Assembly (NCBI GenBank): GCA_038231155.1
Contig: JBBRLY010000016.1
Coordinates: forward strand, 21,506-85,505
Length of the DNA: 64,000 bases
From: Candidatus Saccharimonadales bacterium
GTDB lineage: Bacteria; Patescibacteriota; Saccharimonadia; Saccharimonadales; JANWIN01
Direction: 5' to 3'
The notes under the pieces are model-generated. The model was not told where the DNA came from and ran no database searches. It saw only the letters and a list, made by a program, of their open reading frames with translations. Numbering within the stretch: the stretch's first letter is position 1; every line of letters starts with the position of its first letter. A program made the position numbers and the translations under genes. Shown here piece after piece: positions 20,109-30,040 of this stretch.

Positions 20109-22244
20109 CTAAACTTTTTCAAGTGGCGCAAAGGTCAAGTTTAGTTTTTTAATGACACGGTCATTGAATTGAATAGTAACTTCTTCACCGCTAATGTCTA
20201 GTACTGTGCCAATTCCAAATAAACTGTGACGGACACCATCACCGGTTTCCAGTTCCGGTATGTAACGCAGTTCATTGGAATCGATAGTACTGGTTTGAAA
20301 ATTATCTGATAACACTGACTCGGTAGCATGTTGTGGTTCAAAGTCAGATAAAAAACGGCTAGGCGGGTTGTGTTGTAAACCGCCGTAGATCATTCTGGAG
20401 GCCGCCGATATTAGGTAAAGCTCTTGTTTGGCCCTGGTCATTCCGACATAACATAGCCGGCGTTCCTCTTCCATTTCCGATTGGTCGTAAAGTGACCGTG
20501 AATGAGGAAATATTGTTTCTTCCATACCGGTCATAAATACTACTGGAAACTCTAGTCCCTTAGCAGCATGCAGAGTCATTAATGTCACAACGTCACTGCC
20601 AAACTCGACGTTATCTAAATCACTAACTAAGGAAACTTCTTCTAAAAATCCAGCCAAGCCCTGATCCTGATATTCCCTAGCTACGCTAATAAGTTCGCGG
20701 ACGTTTTCCTGGCGGCTTTCGGCTTGCGGTGTGCCATCATCAAGGTAATCCATGTAATTAAGTCGTCGAATAAGTGCATCAACTAAAGCCGGCACGGGCG
20801 CTTCAATCATCACTTCGCGCATACTGTTTAAAATTTCAGTTAAGTTTTCTAGGGCCGCATTAGCTTTAGTAGTTAATTCTGGACATTCACTGGCTGATTC
20901 TAGAGCTTGGTCTAAACTTAGTCCAGTCATAAATTGCCAAGCTAAAAAGTTTTGCAAAGATTTCCTGCCGATACCGCGGGTTGGTACATTAACAATCCGT
21001 TCAAAACTTATCCGGTCATTTGGCTGATAAATAAGTCGAAGGTAGGCCATTATGTCCTTAATTTCCTTACGTTCATAGAAGCGCACTCCACCAACAATGT
21101 GATAAGGTATACCGTAGCGCACAAATGATTCTTCAAGCGCCCGGCTTTGGGCATTGGTCCGATATAAAACGGCAAAGTCTTTATAGGACCATGAACCGAT
21201 GTCAACGGACATTTGGATGCGCCTGACAATTGATTCGCCTTCAGCTCGTTCTGATTGAACTTGAAGTACTTGAACTGGTAAACCATCTCCGGCTTTGGTC
21301 CATAGCTTTTTATCGGAGCGCTGGGCATTTTTAGTAATTACGGCTTGGGCAGCATCCAGTATGTGCTTGGTAGAGCGGTAGTTTTGTTCTAATTTTATGA
21401 CGATAGCGTCCGGATAATCTTTTTCAAAATTTAAAATATTTCTAAAATCTGCACCTCTGAACCGAAAGATCGATTGCCAATCATCACCTACGACTGCGAT
21501 ATTTTTGTCGTTACTGGTCAATAATTTAATTAGCTGGTACTGGGCAGTATTTGTATCTTGGTATTCGTCAATCATGATGTATTTAAACTGAGTCTGCCAT
21601 TTCTGTCTTACCTCTTGGTGGTTTTTTAGTAGTTGGACTGTTTTAGCTATTAAGTCGTCAAAGTCTAATGCTGAATTTTCTTTAAGCAACTTTTCATAGT
21701 GCGGAAAAACTTGGGCGGCAGTATGTTCTGCCGGTGAGTTGGCTAAACCAGTGTAACGTTCTGGTGTAATCATTTCATTTTTAGCACTGCTAATCAGCCC
21801 ACTAAGTAGGCGCGGTGGAAAGGCTTTTTCGTCAATATGCAGCTGCTTACTAACTTGTTTAACAGTCGATAGTCTATCTTGTTCATCATATATTATAAAT
21901 GTTCTAGGAATAGCAGCGTATTCCCCATCTTGGCGTAAAATCCGTACACAAATACTGTGAAAAGTTCCAAGAAATGGCATAAAGGCTCGGTTTTGAGAAT
22001 TTTGACCTAGTAGCTTCGCCACCCGTTCGCGCATTTCACCAGCAGCTTTATTGGTAAATGTTACTGCTAAAATATTGGGTGGACTGGCCAAGCCCGTTTC
22101 TATAATATGGGCAATGCGGTGCGTTAAGGCCTTAGTTTTACCGCTGCCAGCACCGGCCAATATTAATAAAGGCCCTTCAGTAGTTTGAACAGCCCGATTT
22201 TGTTCGCTGTTAAGACCGTCCAATAAGCTATTTGTCACCATCAC
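20109..22244 (-). CDS. pcrA: ATP-dependent DNA helicase PcrA/UvrD
   Basis: AGAGSGKT, TFTNKAA, IDEYQDTN, LEQNYRS, HAAKGLEF, EERRLCYVGMTRA. Confidence 0.95.
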   Translation of the reverse strand: MMVTNSLLDGLNSEQNRAVQTTEGPLLILAGAGSGKTKALTHRIAHIIETGLASPPNILAVTFTNKAAGEMRERVAKLLGQNSQNRAFMPFLGTFHSICVRILRQDGEYAAIPRTFIIYDEQDRLSTVKQVSKQLHIDEKAFPPRLLSGLISSAKNEMITPERYTGLANSPAEHTAAQVFPHYEKLLKENSALDFDDLIAKTVQLLKNHQEVRQKWQTQFKYIMIDEYQDTNTAQYQLIKLLTSNDKNIAVVGDDWQSIFRFRGADFRNILNFEKDYPDAIVIKLEQNYRSTKHILDAAQAVITKNAQRSDKKLWTKAGDGLPVQVLQVQSERAEGESIVRRIQMSVDIGSWSYKDFAVLYRTNAQSRALEESFVRYGIPYHIVGGVRFYERKEIKDIMAYLRLIYQPNDRISFERIVNVPTRGIGRKSLQNFLAWQFMTGLSLDQALESASECPELTTKANAALENLTEILNSMREVMIEAPVPALVDALIRRLNYMDYLDDGTPQAESRQENVRELISVAREYQDQGLAGFLEEVSLVSDLDNVEFGSDVVTLMTLHAAKGLEFPVVFMTGMEETIFPHSRSLYDQSEMEEERRLCYVGMTRAKQELYLISAASRMIYGGLQHNPPSRFLSDFEPQHATESVLSDNFQTSTIDSNELRYIPELETGDGVRHSLFGIGTVLDISGEEVTIQFNDRVIKKLNLTFAPLEKV

Positions 22245-22278
22245 ATTTTAACAGAGCAAGCTAAGTGCTTGATAGCTC

Positions 22279-22881
22279 TTAAGACATCATTATGAATAGT
22301 AGTATACCTATAACTACGGCTAACACTATTACAACTAACAATATACTTAAAGATTTCTTGCCAGATTTACCACTTATCGGTACAAAATACTGTTTTTCGG
22401 CAATTAGTTTTTCAATGGTTTGTTGTTTGGCGGTTGACTCTTGGGCGGTCTTATCATGGTTTTTTTGCTGCTCGGTTTGTTCGGCCACAGCTTTGACGCC
22501 GGCAGACTCGGAGATATTACTAGTTTCAGACTGAGCTTTTACTTCAGTTTCCGGCAGGTGGTCAGTTTTAGGCTGTGGTTTTAGATTTTCCGGGTCACTT
22601 AATGGTTCAATTTTAATAGTCGCCAGCGAAGGTTCTTTAGCAGGCTTTATAGGCACACCGGCTTCGGCATCAGCTGGACTACCAGATGGGCGATCTTCAC
22701 TATCGTGGCTCATTATATCGGTAGCTAGGATACCTCTTTTTATGACCATCGGGTCTTCTTTAAGCATATTTTTGTGGCCGACAATTACTGGACGGCCGCT
22801 AGCTTCAGCAACGGTTTTACCTGGTTTTGCGATGTCAAATATTTTTTTAGTTTTTTCGCCTTTATTGGCGTCAATTGTCAT
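22279..22881 (-). CDS. Hypothetical protein with a C-terminal TM anchor
   Basis: Low-complexity P/E/K-rich body with a hydrophobic C-terminus. Confidence 0.65.
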   Translation of the reverse strand: MTIDANKGEKTKKIFDIAKPGKTVAEASGRPVIVGHKNMLKEDPMVIKRGILATDIMSHDSEDRPSGSPADAEAGVPIKPAKEPSLATIKIEPLSDPENLKPQPKTDHLPETEVKAQSETSNISESAGVKAVAEQTEQQKNHDKTAQESTAKQQTIEKLIAEKQYFVPISGKSGKKSLSILLVVIVLAVVIGILLFIMMS

Positions 22882-23686
22882 TTCCTAACCTTCTTTTGTC
22901 GGATTGCAGACGATCTGCGGCGTCAACAATTCCACTAAATTCCAGGTAATTTAAGCTAGCACCACCGACTAGTAGTCCGTTAATGCCTTCTAGTGCCATC
23001 AGTGAGTAAGCTGTTGAGGCGTTAGTACTGCCACCGTAAAGTACCCGGACAGTAGATGCCGCTTTTTCACCGTACAAGTGTCCAATATTTTTCCTAATAG
23101 CTGCTATGGAATTAATAATATCGTCGGGTTTAGGTATTTCGTGGTGTAAATAGTCGGTTCCATTACTTAAGGCCCAAACTGGTTCATAAGCAATAACTAG
23201 ATCTTTAATATTATCTGATGTGATGTTGGCTAAGGCTGAATTAATTTGATCATGCAACACCTGCATGCTTTCACCGTCTAGTTTTTCTTGTTTAGTTTCA
23301 CCGACACATAGAATTGGGATAATATCGTTACGGAAAGCGGCAGCCACTTTTTCTTTAATATCGGGGAGACCTTCGTTAAATTTGTAACGTCGATCAGAGT
23401 GTCCGACAATCACATAGTGCACTAAGTCCTGTAGCATTGTGAAACTAACTTCGCCGGTATAAGCACCTTCGTCTTTATAAAAGGCGTTTTGAGCAGCTAG
23501 TCGGAACTTGCGCCTATCTATCTGGAGGCTTAGTGGCTGAAGGGTTAACATACTCGGTGCCAGTACTACTTCGATATCATTGTGAATTTTAATGCGTTCT
23601 TGTAAACGGTGTACTAGTAAGCTAGCTTGAGCTGTATCCAAGTTCATTTTCCAGTTACCGATAATTAGGAGTCTTTTATCTGTCAT
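22871..23686 (-). CDS. tpiA: Triosephosphate isomerase
   Basis: GNWKMN, GAYTGEVS, GHSDRR, AYEPVWA, LYGGS, LVGGASL. Confidence 0.96.
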   Translation of the reverse strand: MTDKRLLIIGNWKMNLDTAQASLLVHRLQERIKIHNDIEVVLAPSMLTLQPLSLQIDRRKFRLAAQNAFYKDEGAYTGEVSFTMLQDLVHYVIVGHSDRRYKFNEGLPDIKEKVAAAFRNDIIPILCVGETKQEKLDGESMQVLHDQINSALANITSDNIKDLVIAYEPVWALSNGTDYLHHEIPKPDDIINSIAAIRKNIGHLYGEKAASTVRVLYGGSTNASTAYSLMALEGINGLLVGGASLNYLEFSGIVDAADRLQSDKRRLGNDN

Positions 23687-23710
23687 GCTACTTATGTTTA
23701 AAGTTTACCA

Positions 23711-24997
23711 TTATTTATCCTCAAGCGCTTCTACCCCAGGTAAGGGTTTGCCACACATTAGATCAAGTGAAGCCCCACCACCTGTGGAAACGTGATCAAA
23801 ATACTCTGTTTGTTGTTTATTCTCAATAAAGCTAGCGGTATCGCCACCACCGACCAGCGAATAAGGACGATGTCCTAATTTACCAGCTATGGCTTCGATA
23901 ACTAATTCTGTACCGTGAGCAAACGGACCAATTGGACCAACTACACCATCTAGTTCAGCTACACCCATGGTACCATTCCATACTACTGTATCGACCATTT
24001 GCAGGCCACCGGCAATAAAGGCCGCGCTTATTGGTCCAATGTCATAAATAGCTTCGTCGGCATGGATAGTACTGGCGGACCGCGGTGGCATTTTAGGATA
24101 ACTTTCAATGTCAGCGATAACATGGGCACCCCAATCAACCACTCTGGTAGTTACAGTTTTATCTAGTTTTTTGGCTACTACCCCGTCTTGGGGTAAGTAA
24201 AATACAAACCGCCTGGCCTTGGCTTTAGCATGGGCTCTGTCGATAATTTGATTAGCCAAGTGAACGTCTTCTTTATCGATTAAACTTTCACCTAGATCCA
24301 TGCCTCTGGCTAGTAAAAAGGTGTTGGCCATAGCACCGCCAATTACTACAAAGTCCGCCAAATCGACAAACTTAGTTAAAACATCAATTTTATCGGCAAT
24401 TTTGGCACCACCAATAATAGCCATTAAAGGACGTTTAGGCTTATCCATAACCTCTGTTATAGTATCGACTTCTTTTTCCAATAGTAGTCCAGCGACACTT
24501 GGTAAATGTTTGGTAATGGCACTGGTTGAAGCGTGTTTGCGATGGACAACACCAAATCCATCTTGGATGAATACTTCGGCTAATTTAGCTAATGCTTGGG
24601 CAAACTGATCATCATTGGCTTCTTCCTCAGAATGATAACGTAAATTTTCAAGAAGCAATATTTGTCTTGGTTGAAGAGCTTTTGCCAGACTTTCAGTCTC
24701 CGGGCCGATGCAGTCTGGGGCAAACTGAATATTTCGATCTAACAGTTTATTCAAATTAGCTACTACTGGTTTTAAACTAGCAGATTTATCATCTGGACCT
24801 TTAGGTCTTCCTAAATGAGAACAAATTACGATTTTACAATCTTGATCTAGTAAATATTCAAGAGTCGATTTTGATTGTTTAATTCTAAAGTCACCGGCAA
24901 CTTTACCGTCTTTTATCGGTACGTTATAGTCAGCTCGCAGTAAAACGGTTTTACCCTTGAGGTTTATATCTCGAATCGTTTTTTTAGTAAATGCCAC
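23711..24997 (-). CDS. pgk: Phosphoglycerate kinase
   Basis: RADYNVP, SHLGRP, LLENLRY, GGAKIADK, GGGDT, STGGGA. Confidence 0.96.
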   Translation of the reverse strand: MAFTKKTIRDINLKGKTVLLRADYNVPIKDGKVAGDFRIKQSKSTLEYLLDQDCKIVICSHLGRPKGPDDKSASLKPVVANLNKLLDRNIQFAPDCIGPETESLAKALQPRQILLLENLRYHSEEEANDDQFAQALAKLAEVFIQDGFGVVHRKHASTSAITKHLPSVAGLLLEKEVDTITEVMDKPKRPLMAIIGGAKIADKIDVLTKFVDLADFVVIGGAMANTFLLARGMDLGESLIDKEDVHLANQIIDRAHAKAKARRFVFYLPQDGVVAKKLDKTVTTRVVDWGAHVIADIESYPKMPPRSASTIHADEAIYDIGPISAAFIAGGLQMVDTVVWNGTMGVAELDGVVGPIGPFAHGTELVIEAIAGKLGHRPYSLVGGGDTASFIENKQQTEYFDHVSTGGGASLDLMCGKPLPGVEALEDK

Positions 24998-25024
24998 TTA
25001 GTTTATGTCCCACCTTTAAGGTCA

Positions 25025-26458
25025 TTATAGTATACGCACTTTAATCGTGTCAGTACTGCCGACAACTCCTGGGTACTGGCCATATACAGAAACTACGATA
25101 TCGCCTTTTTTAAGAACTTTGTTAGACTTTAACCAATCTGTTAATTTACCACTGGAATTTTTATCGGCTGGCCGGACATAGCTTTTGGTACCGTAGACAA
25201 TTGATAGCTGCTGTGATGTTCGCTTATCCGGAGTAACAGCAATAATTGCTATTTCCGGACGGAAAGAAGCTAATTCATGTGTTGTGGCGCCGGATTTAGT
25301 TTCAGCCACAATAGCGCTGGCATTTACATTTTTAGCTAATTCAATAATGGCAGACGAAATAGTCGATTGGCGAGTGTGCTCATGCGGATCGCGGCGGTAG
25401 CCTACCTTAATTGGATTATTTTCTTCGGTATATTTAATAACCCGTTTCATGTAATTAACTGATTCAATCGGGTAACGTCCGTTAGCGGTTTCGTCACTCA
25501 GCATTACGGCATCGGTGCTTAAAATTACAGCTGTAGCCACATCCGATACTTCAGCCCGACTCGGTTCCGGAGTCTCGGTCATACTGGAAAGCATCTGGGT
25601 GGCAACGATTGTCGGCTTAGCATATCTAAGACCCAACCTAATAATATTACGCTGGACAATTGGTACAGCTTCCGGTTCGGTTTCAATGGCCAAATCGCCT
25701 CTAGCAATCATAATGACATCGGCAGCTTGGACTATTTCCTCGATGTTAGCGACAGCCGCAGCAGTTTCAATCTTAGCGATAATCCGTGCTTTGCTGCCGT
25801 AGCCTTTCATAAGTTTTCGGAGGTGTTCAATATCGGCTGCTGATTGAATAAAACTAAGAGCTACGTAGTCGATATCTTGCTCTGAACCAAAGGTTATATC
25901 CTGACGATCTTTGGCGGTAATAATGTCACCGGATAAATCTGTATCCGGCAAGTTAATACTTTTACGTTTTAGAAGTATGCCATCATTTTGGGCTAGAACA
26001 TGTACAATGCCGCTATTGACACTGCTGACGATGGTTCGGATTCGGCCATCACATAAATACAGACGTTCACCGCGCTTAACGTATTTAGAAAGATCATACT
26101 GGGTTGGAATAATATTACTGCGTTCAAAGTCGGCGTTATAACCAAAGCGCAAATCCTGATTGGTATTAACATTTATAATGCCTTCAAAGTCACCAAGTCG
26201 GATTTTAGGACCTTGCAAATCCTGAATGATTGCCACTGGTTTAGATAACTCATGGCTTGCTTGCCTGATCCATTTTAGCTGCTGCAGACGCTCTTCATTA
26301 TTACCATGGCTAAAGTTCAACCTAAGACCATTGACTCCCTGTTTGATCATTGTCTCAATTGATAGATAATCATTTGTCGACGGTCCAACAGTCGCAATTA
26401 TTTTTGTGCGTTTGAACTTATTCAGCGGCACATCCGGTGCCCTTGATGTGTTATCCAT
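25025..26458 (-). CDS. pyk: Pyruvate kinase
   Basis: TKIIATVGP, RLNFSHG, DLQGPKIR, IIAKIE, MIARGDL, ATQML, DAVMLSDETA. Confidence 0.96.
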   Translation of the reverse strand: MDNTSRAPDVPLNKFKRTKIIATVGPSTNDYLSIETMIKQGVNGLRLNFSHGNNEERLQQLKWIRQASHELSKPVAIIQDLQGPKIRLGDFEGIINVNTNQDLRFGYNADFERSNIIPTQYDLSKYVKRGERLYLCDGRIRTIVSSVNSGIVHVLAQNDGILLKRKSINLPDTDLSGDIITAKDRQDITFGSEQDIDYVALSFIQSAADIEHLRKLMKGYGSKARIIAKIETAAAVANIEEIVQAADVIMIARGDLAIETEPEAVPIVQRNIIRLGLRYAKPTIVATQMLSSMTETPEPSRAEVSDVATAVILSTDAVMLSDETANGRYPIESVNYMKRVIKYTEENNPIKVGYRRDPHEHTRQSTISSAIIELAKNVNASAIVAETKSGATTHELASFRPEIAIIAVTPDKRTSQQLSIVYGTKSYVRPADKNSSGKLTDWLKSNKVLKKGDIVVSVYGQYPGVVGSTDTIKVRIL

Positions 26459-26775
26459 ATTCTCTTAATAATTTTACTTGCTAAAGATTAGATTAGCTAG
26501 CCTGCCGAAACCTAATCTACCTAAGGTGCAGAATAGACCATCGCGATGGTTCTATCTCAAATCCAACTAACAGATCATTTGCTTAATAATATGTGCCACC
26601 CACTACATATATATGTATATAGGAAACAACTAGCCTAAAACAACCTAAATTATATTAACCTTATTTCAATGAAATTTTACTTGTTTGGCATAAGTTTAGC
26701 CAGTTAATTAAAATTAGTTACAATCGCTCGTATAGTATCACTGTAGCATCAAAGCACATCTGTTATCATAATACT

Positions 26776-27581
26776 ATGAAAGCCGAGGCGTTAAATCTGA
26801 GAAAACTAGAATTCAATATAACTCAATCGAAGCTATAAATTACCCGAGGGATTTTATAAACAGAGTAGTTTGTGGTGATGCCGTAAAAGTTATAAAAAAA
26901 ATACCAACCGGATCTGTGAATTTGGTAATTACATCGCCACCGTATAATTTAAAAAACTCTACCTGTGATGGCATGAAAGACGGAAGAGGTGGTAAATGGG
27001 CTAATGCAGCTTTACAAAATGGTTATACGCATCATGAAGATTCAATGCCTCATAATGAGTATGTGAAGTGGCAACGTAGCTGTCTAAAGGAAGTGATGCG
27101 CACTCTTTCAGAGGATGGAGCGATTTTTTACAACCATTAATGGCGCGTTCAAGGTGGAATGTTACAAGACCGTTCAGATATAGTTAAGGGTTTTCCTGTA
27201 AGGCAAATAATCATTTGGAAGCGCAAAGGCGGTTTTAACTTTAATACGGTATATTTTTTACCAACGTACGAAGTTATTTATATGATCGCTAAGCCAAAGT
27301 TTAAGCTAATCCCTAAAGCCAACGCTTATGGTGACATCTGGGAGTTTACGCAGGAAATGAACAATGACCATCCAGCACCGTTTCCACTGAAACTGATAGA
27401 CAGAATCGTATCGTCAACAAATGCCAAGTTAATGCTTGACCCTTTTATCGGCTCAGGTACAACGGCTATTTCAGTTTTCAATCATGGTCGTGATTACATT
27501 GGGATAGATATATCACCTGAGTACTGCAATAAGGCGGAGAAAAGAATTATTAAAGAAACCTCTCAGGTCAAATTGATATGA
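26776..27581 (+). pseudogene. Disrupted beta-class N4C/N6A DNA methyltransferase
   Basis: TSPPY and DPFIGSGTT motifs in one frame, split by an in-frame TAA at 27138-27140 (FYNH*WRVQ); the ATG at 26776 behind the -10 box is out of frame with the body. Confidence 0.8.
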
Positions 27582-27712
27582 GTAACCCTCAGCCCCTGAC
27601 TTATACTAAAGAAGCACTAATCAAGATATTAAAAGAAATTTCAGTTCAAGACTGGCCTTTGAAAAGGTCAAAGGGGAATCGAACTTTTAACTTCTTAGGC
27701 TTTTCAATATAA
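27578..27712 (+). pseudogene. Truncated restriction endonuclease N-terminus (MvaI/BcnI-like)
   Basis: ATGA overlap with the MTase stop; YTKEALIKILKEISVQDW resembles MvaI/BcnI-family N-termini (from recall); ends after 44 aa. Confidence 0.4.
27671..27684. repeat. 14-bp copy of the tRNA-Glu T-arm region (att-like scar)
   Basis: AAGGGGAATCGAAC is identical to 27761-27774. Confidence 0.55.
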
Positions 27713-27716
27713 ATAA

Positions 27717-27740
27717 ACCTCTGCAAAAAAATACAGAGGT
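27717..27740 (-). terminator. Probable terminator of tRNA-Glu
   Basis: ACCTCTG/CAGAGGT stem followed by TTATTT on the minus strand. Confidence 0.55.
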
Positions 27741-27750
27741 AAATGTACTT

Positions 27751-27825
27751 TGGTGACCTCAAGGGGAATCGAACCCCTATTGCCAGGATGAAAACCTGGT
27801 GTCCTAACCGTTAGACGATGAGGCC
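27751..27825 (-). tRNA. tRNA-Glu(TTC)
   Basis: GGCCTCA...TGAGGTC-A-CCA; anticodon arm CCAGG-TTTTCAT-CCTGG; GGTTCGATTCC T-arm. Confidence 0.96.
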
Positions 27826-27860
27826 TTACTAACTTCAAAACAATAGCATATACAGGGGCG

Positions 27861-27898
27861 ATAATAAAATCCCCGTGCCTATAATGACACGGGGATTT
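27861..27898 (-). terminator. Intrinsic terminator
   Basis: AAATCCCCGTG/CACGGGGATTT 11-bp stem followed by a T-rich tail on the minus strand. Confidence 0.75.
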
Positions 27899-28000
27899 AC
27901 GAGTTGTTTGAGCGGTCAGTCATCCGCACATTAGCGGACTCGCTTCATGACTTACCGTAGCACATATTTGCTTATTTTACTAGCTCTTTATCCACAGGTC

Positions 28001-29584
28001 TTAGCGACCGCGGCGGGAAAGCCATTTGCGGTGTAAGAATGCGCCAGCTAGTGAAGTGCCAGTAAAGACACCTAACACATCACCAGGACCGGTATTTACC
28101 AGTTTGGTGGGAGTTGTTGGAGGTGTAATAGTAGTCGAAGCAAAACTTACTGTGCTTGCACATTTATCGCTATCGACAGTCTGAACTTTACCGTTGACAT
28201 CAAAGTTTGTGGTTACATGAACATTGAAGTCACCGACATTAGCAAAGGTGTGTTCTACTGGGTTTTGGTCAGTTAATAGTGGGGCGGTACCGTCACCAAA
28301 GTTATATGAAAAACTTGTAACTTTAGCGCCGTTAATGGCAGTAGTATTAACGTTAACCCGGATCTGACGATCACCTATAGTTGTAATAGTTGCACTATCA
28401 CAGCTGAAGGCTGGGTTTTGTGGTTTTTTACATTCTGGACCATTTACATTAACATTTGCGGTATCGTTAACTGTACCTTGTCCACTAGGCGTAACAAAAG
28501 CTTCGTTAGTGAACTGTTTTGTACCACAATCCATATCTTTTGAAGCAGGTGTTTTAGTTTTAAGTAAAACAAATGCGTTACTGTTTGGATTGTAGGTACC
28601 AATATTTACGTTTACCTGACGACCGTTGGCTTGAATTGAGCTATCTGAAACTGTAAAGCCGTTAGGGCTATTGGTGTTGTAAAGCTTTACGCTACCAGGT
28701 ACTACGGTTAAACCGTTAGGTACTTGGTCAAGTACGGTTACGTTACCAAGCTGAGTACTACCAGTGTTATTGAAGGCAATACGCCATTCAACAGTTTGGT
28801 CAGGATTGGCAGTTACAGACTTTTTCCAGTCGTTAGAAGTTTGACCTTCAAAGCGTACGGCTTTAGTAACACTAAAGCTGGGTTTATGTACTTTAACTTT
28901 TATAGTTACGATACTAGAGAAGTTAAAACATCCAGGCACAATGCCATCTAGTTTGTTAAAACCGATGGGTGCACCTGTGGATACTATACTGTCACTTAGT
29001 TTCATACCAGTAGGTACAGCATTTGTGTACTGTACGGCAGAACCATTTTCGTAAGTTAAGTTAAAGTTACCATTGCTACCAAGATTTATAGTGTCGGCAA
29101 CTTCAGCTGGTGAAGCGTTAGAAGCACTAATGTAAGCGTTGGCACGCAATGCGTTAGCGTTTGCTGTTGGTAAGAATATGCGAACTTTGGTATCTTTAGC
29201 GACACCTTTACCGTCAAAGTTTGTACCATTTAAATTGTCAGCCGCATCATTGTGAACATACATGCGAAGTAACAAGTCTTGGCCATCTTTAAGGTTATTT
29301 ACAGTGTGGCTAAAGCCATTTGGTTGGGTGTTAGCAGCATCTTTGACTTCAAAGAATGCTCGTTCGTCACCTTCATCGGGGTTGTTTGTTATTGAGTCGA
29401 ACGTTACATGGTCAGAGGGTATCTGAACCGTGTAAGTGGGTCGGTTTGGAAACCAGGCGCGGGCCGCGCTAGTTACGCCTAAAATGGCGGCTATCAAGGC
29501 TACGGCTATAAGACCCTTTTTGGGCAAAACTTTAAAGATCTGCCTTAAAACATCTTTCATATGACCTCCTATATAGAGATTCAT
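28001..29584 (-). CDS. Cell-surface protein (DUF11-like and PKD domains, LPXTG-like C-terminal signal); likely start 29560
   Basis: Signal peptide, VLDQVPNGLTVVPGS, YNFGDG...VEHTF, LVNTG followed by a hydrophobic helix and RRGR; GGAGG SD before 29560. Confidence 0.8.
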   Translation of the reverse strand: MNLYIGGHMKDVLRQIFKVLPKKGLIAVALIAAILGVTSAARAWFPNRPTYTVQIPSDHVTFDSITNNPDEGDERAFFEVKDAANTQPNGFSHTVNNLKDGQDLLLRMYVHNDAADNLNGTNFDGKGVAKDTKVRIFLPTANANALRANAYISASNASPAEVADTINLGSNGNFNLTYENGSAVQYTNAVPTGMKLSDSIVSTGAPIGFNKLDGIVPGCFNFSSIVTIKVKVHKPSFSVTKAVRFEGQTSNDWKKSVTANPDQTVEWRIAFNNTGSTQLGNVTVLDQVPNGLTVVPGSVKLYNTNSPNGFTVSDSSIQANGRQVNVNIGTYNPNSNAFVLLKTKTPASKDMDCGTKQFTNEAFVTPSGQGTVNDTANVNVNGPECKKPQNPAFSCDSATITTIGDRQIRVNVNTTAINGAKVTSFSYNFGDGTAPLLTDQNPVEHTFANVGDFNVHVTTNFDVNGKVQTVDSDKCASTVSFASTTITPPTTPTKLVNTGPGDVLGVFTGTSLAGAFLHRKWLSRRGR

Positions 29585-29697
29585 TAATTAAATTAAAAAA
29601 TTGTAATTGTTTGCTAAAAATATTTGTAAATTGTTAACGAACAATAACTGTCAAAGCCTCGCCTCTTATTGCGAACCCACCTTCACAGTTAATACAT

Positions 29698-29726
29698 ATT
29701 TTAGCACTACTATTACGATATGTCAA
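29698..29726 (-). promoter_or_regulatory. Sigma70 promoter of the surface protein gene
   Basis: TTGACA-17nt-TAAAAT with an extended TG. Confidence 0.75.
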
Positions 29727-29759
29727 TATTATGGTAATGTTTAATTGTTAAAGAACTGG

Positions 29760-29872
29760 CAAGTCAAATCATTACAAATCATAAACTTGGATTGCAGGTA
29801 TGGAATTGATTTGCGCGTTAGCGCGTGTCGCCGAAGCAACAATCAAATCCACACCTGCGGCGTGACTACATT
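29760..29872 (+). other. Conserved structured motif, copy L (unknown ncRNA or element end)
   Basis: CAAGTCAAATCATTACAAATCATA...stem-loop (GCAGGT/ACCTGC, TTGATT/AATCAA)...GTGACTACATT; inverted homolog at 32130-32290. Confidence 0.55.
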
Positions 29873-30040
29873 GGGAAGGAATCGCCAGGCGACTCGACTT
29901 ATTACCCTAAACGAGCTGGTTTTTCTTGGCTTACCCAAGCGGCTTAACCAGCAACCTGCTGTCAGATTTATTAGCATGATAAACATGCAAGCACTGACAG
30001 GTGCTCTTTCTCCACCCGCTCGAGGACCTACTCCTTCTCC

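Noticed and set aside
27988-27996. DnaA box TTATCCACA as oriC
   Set aside because: A single box, with no cluster, no dnaA and no switch in gene-strand bias.
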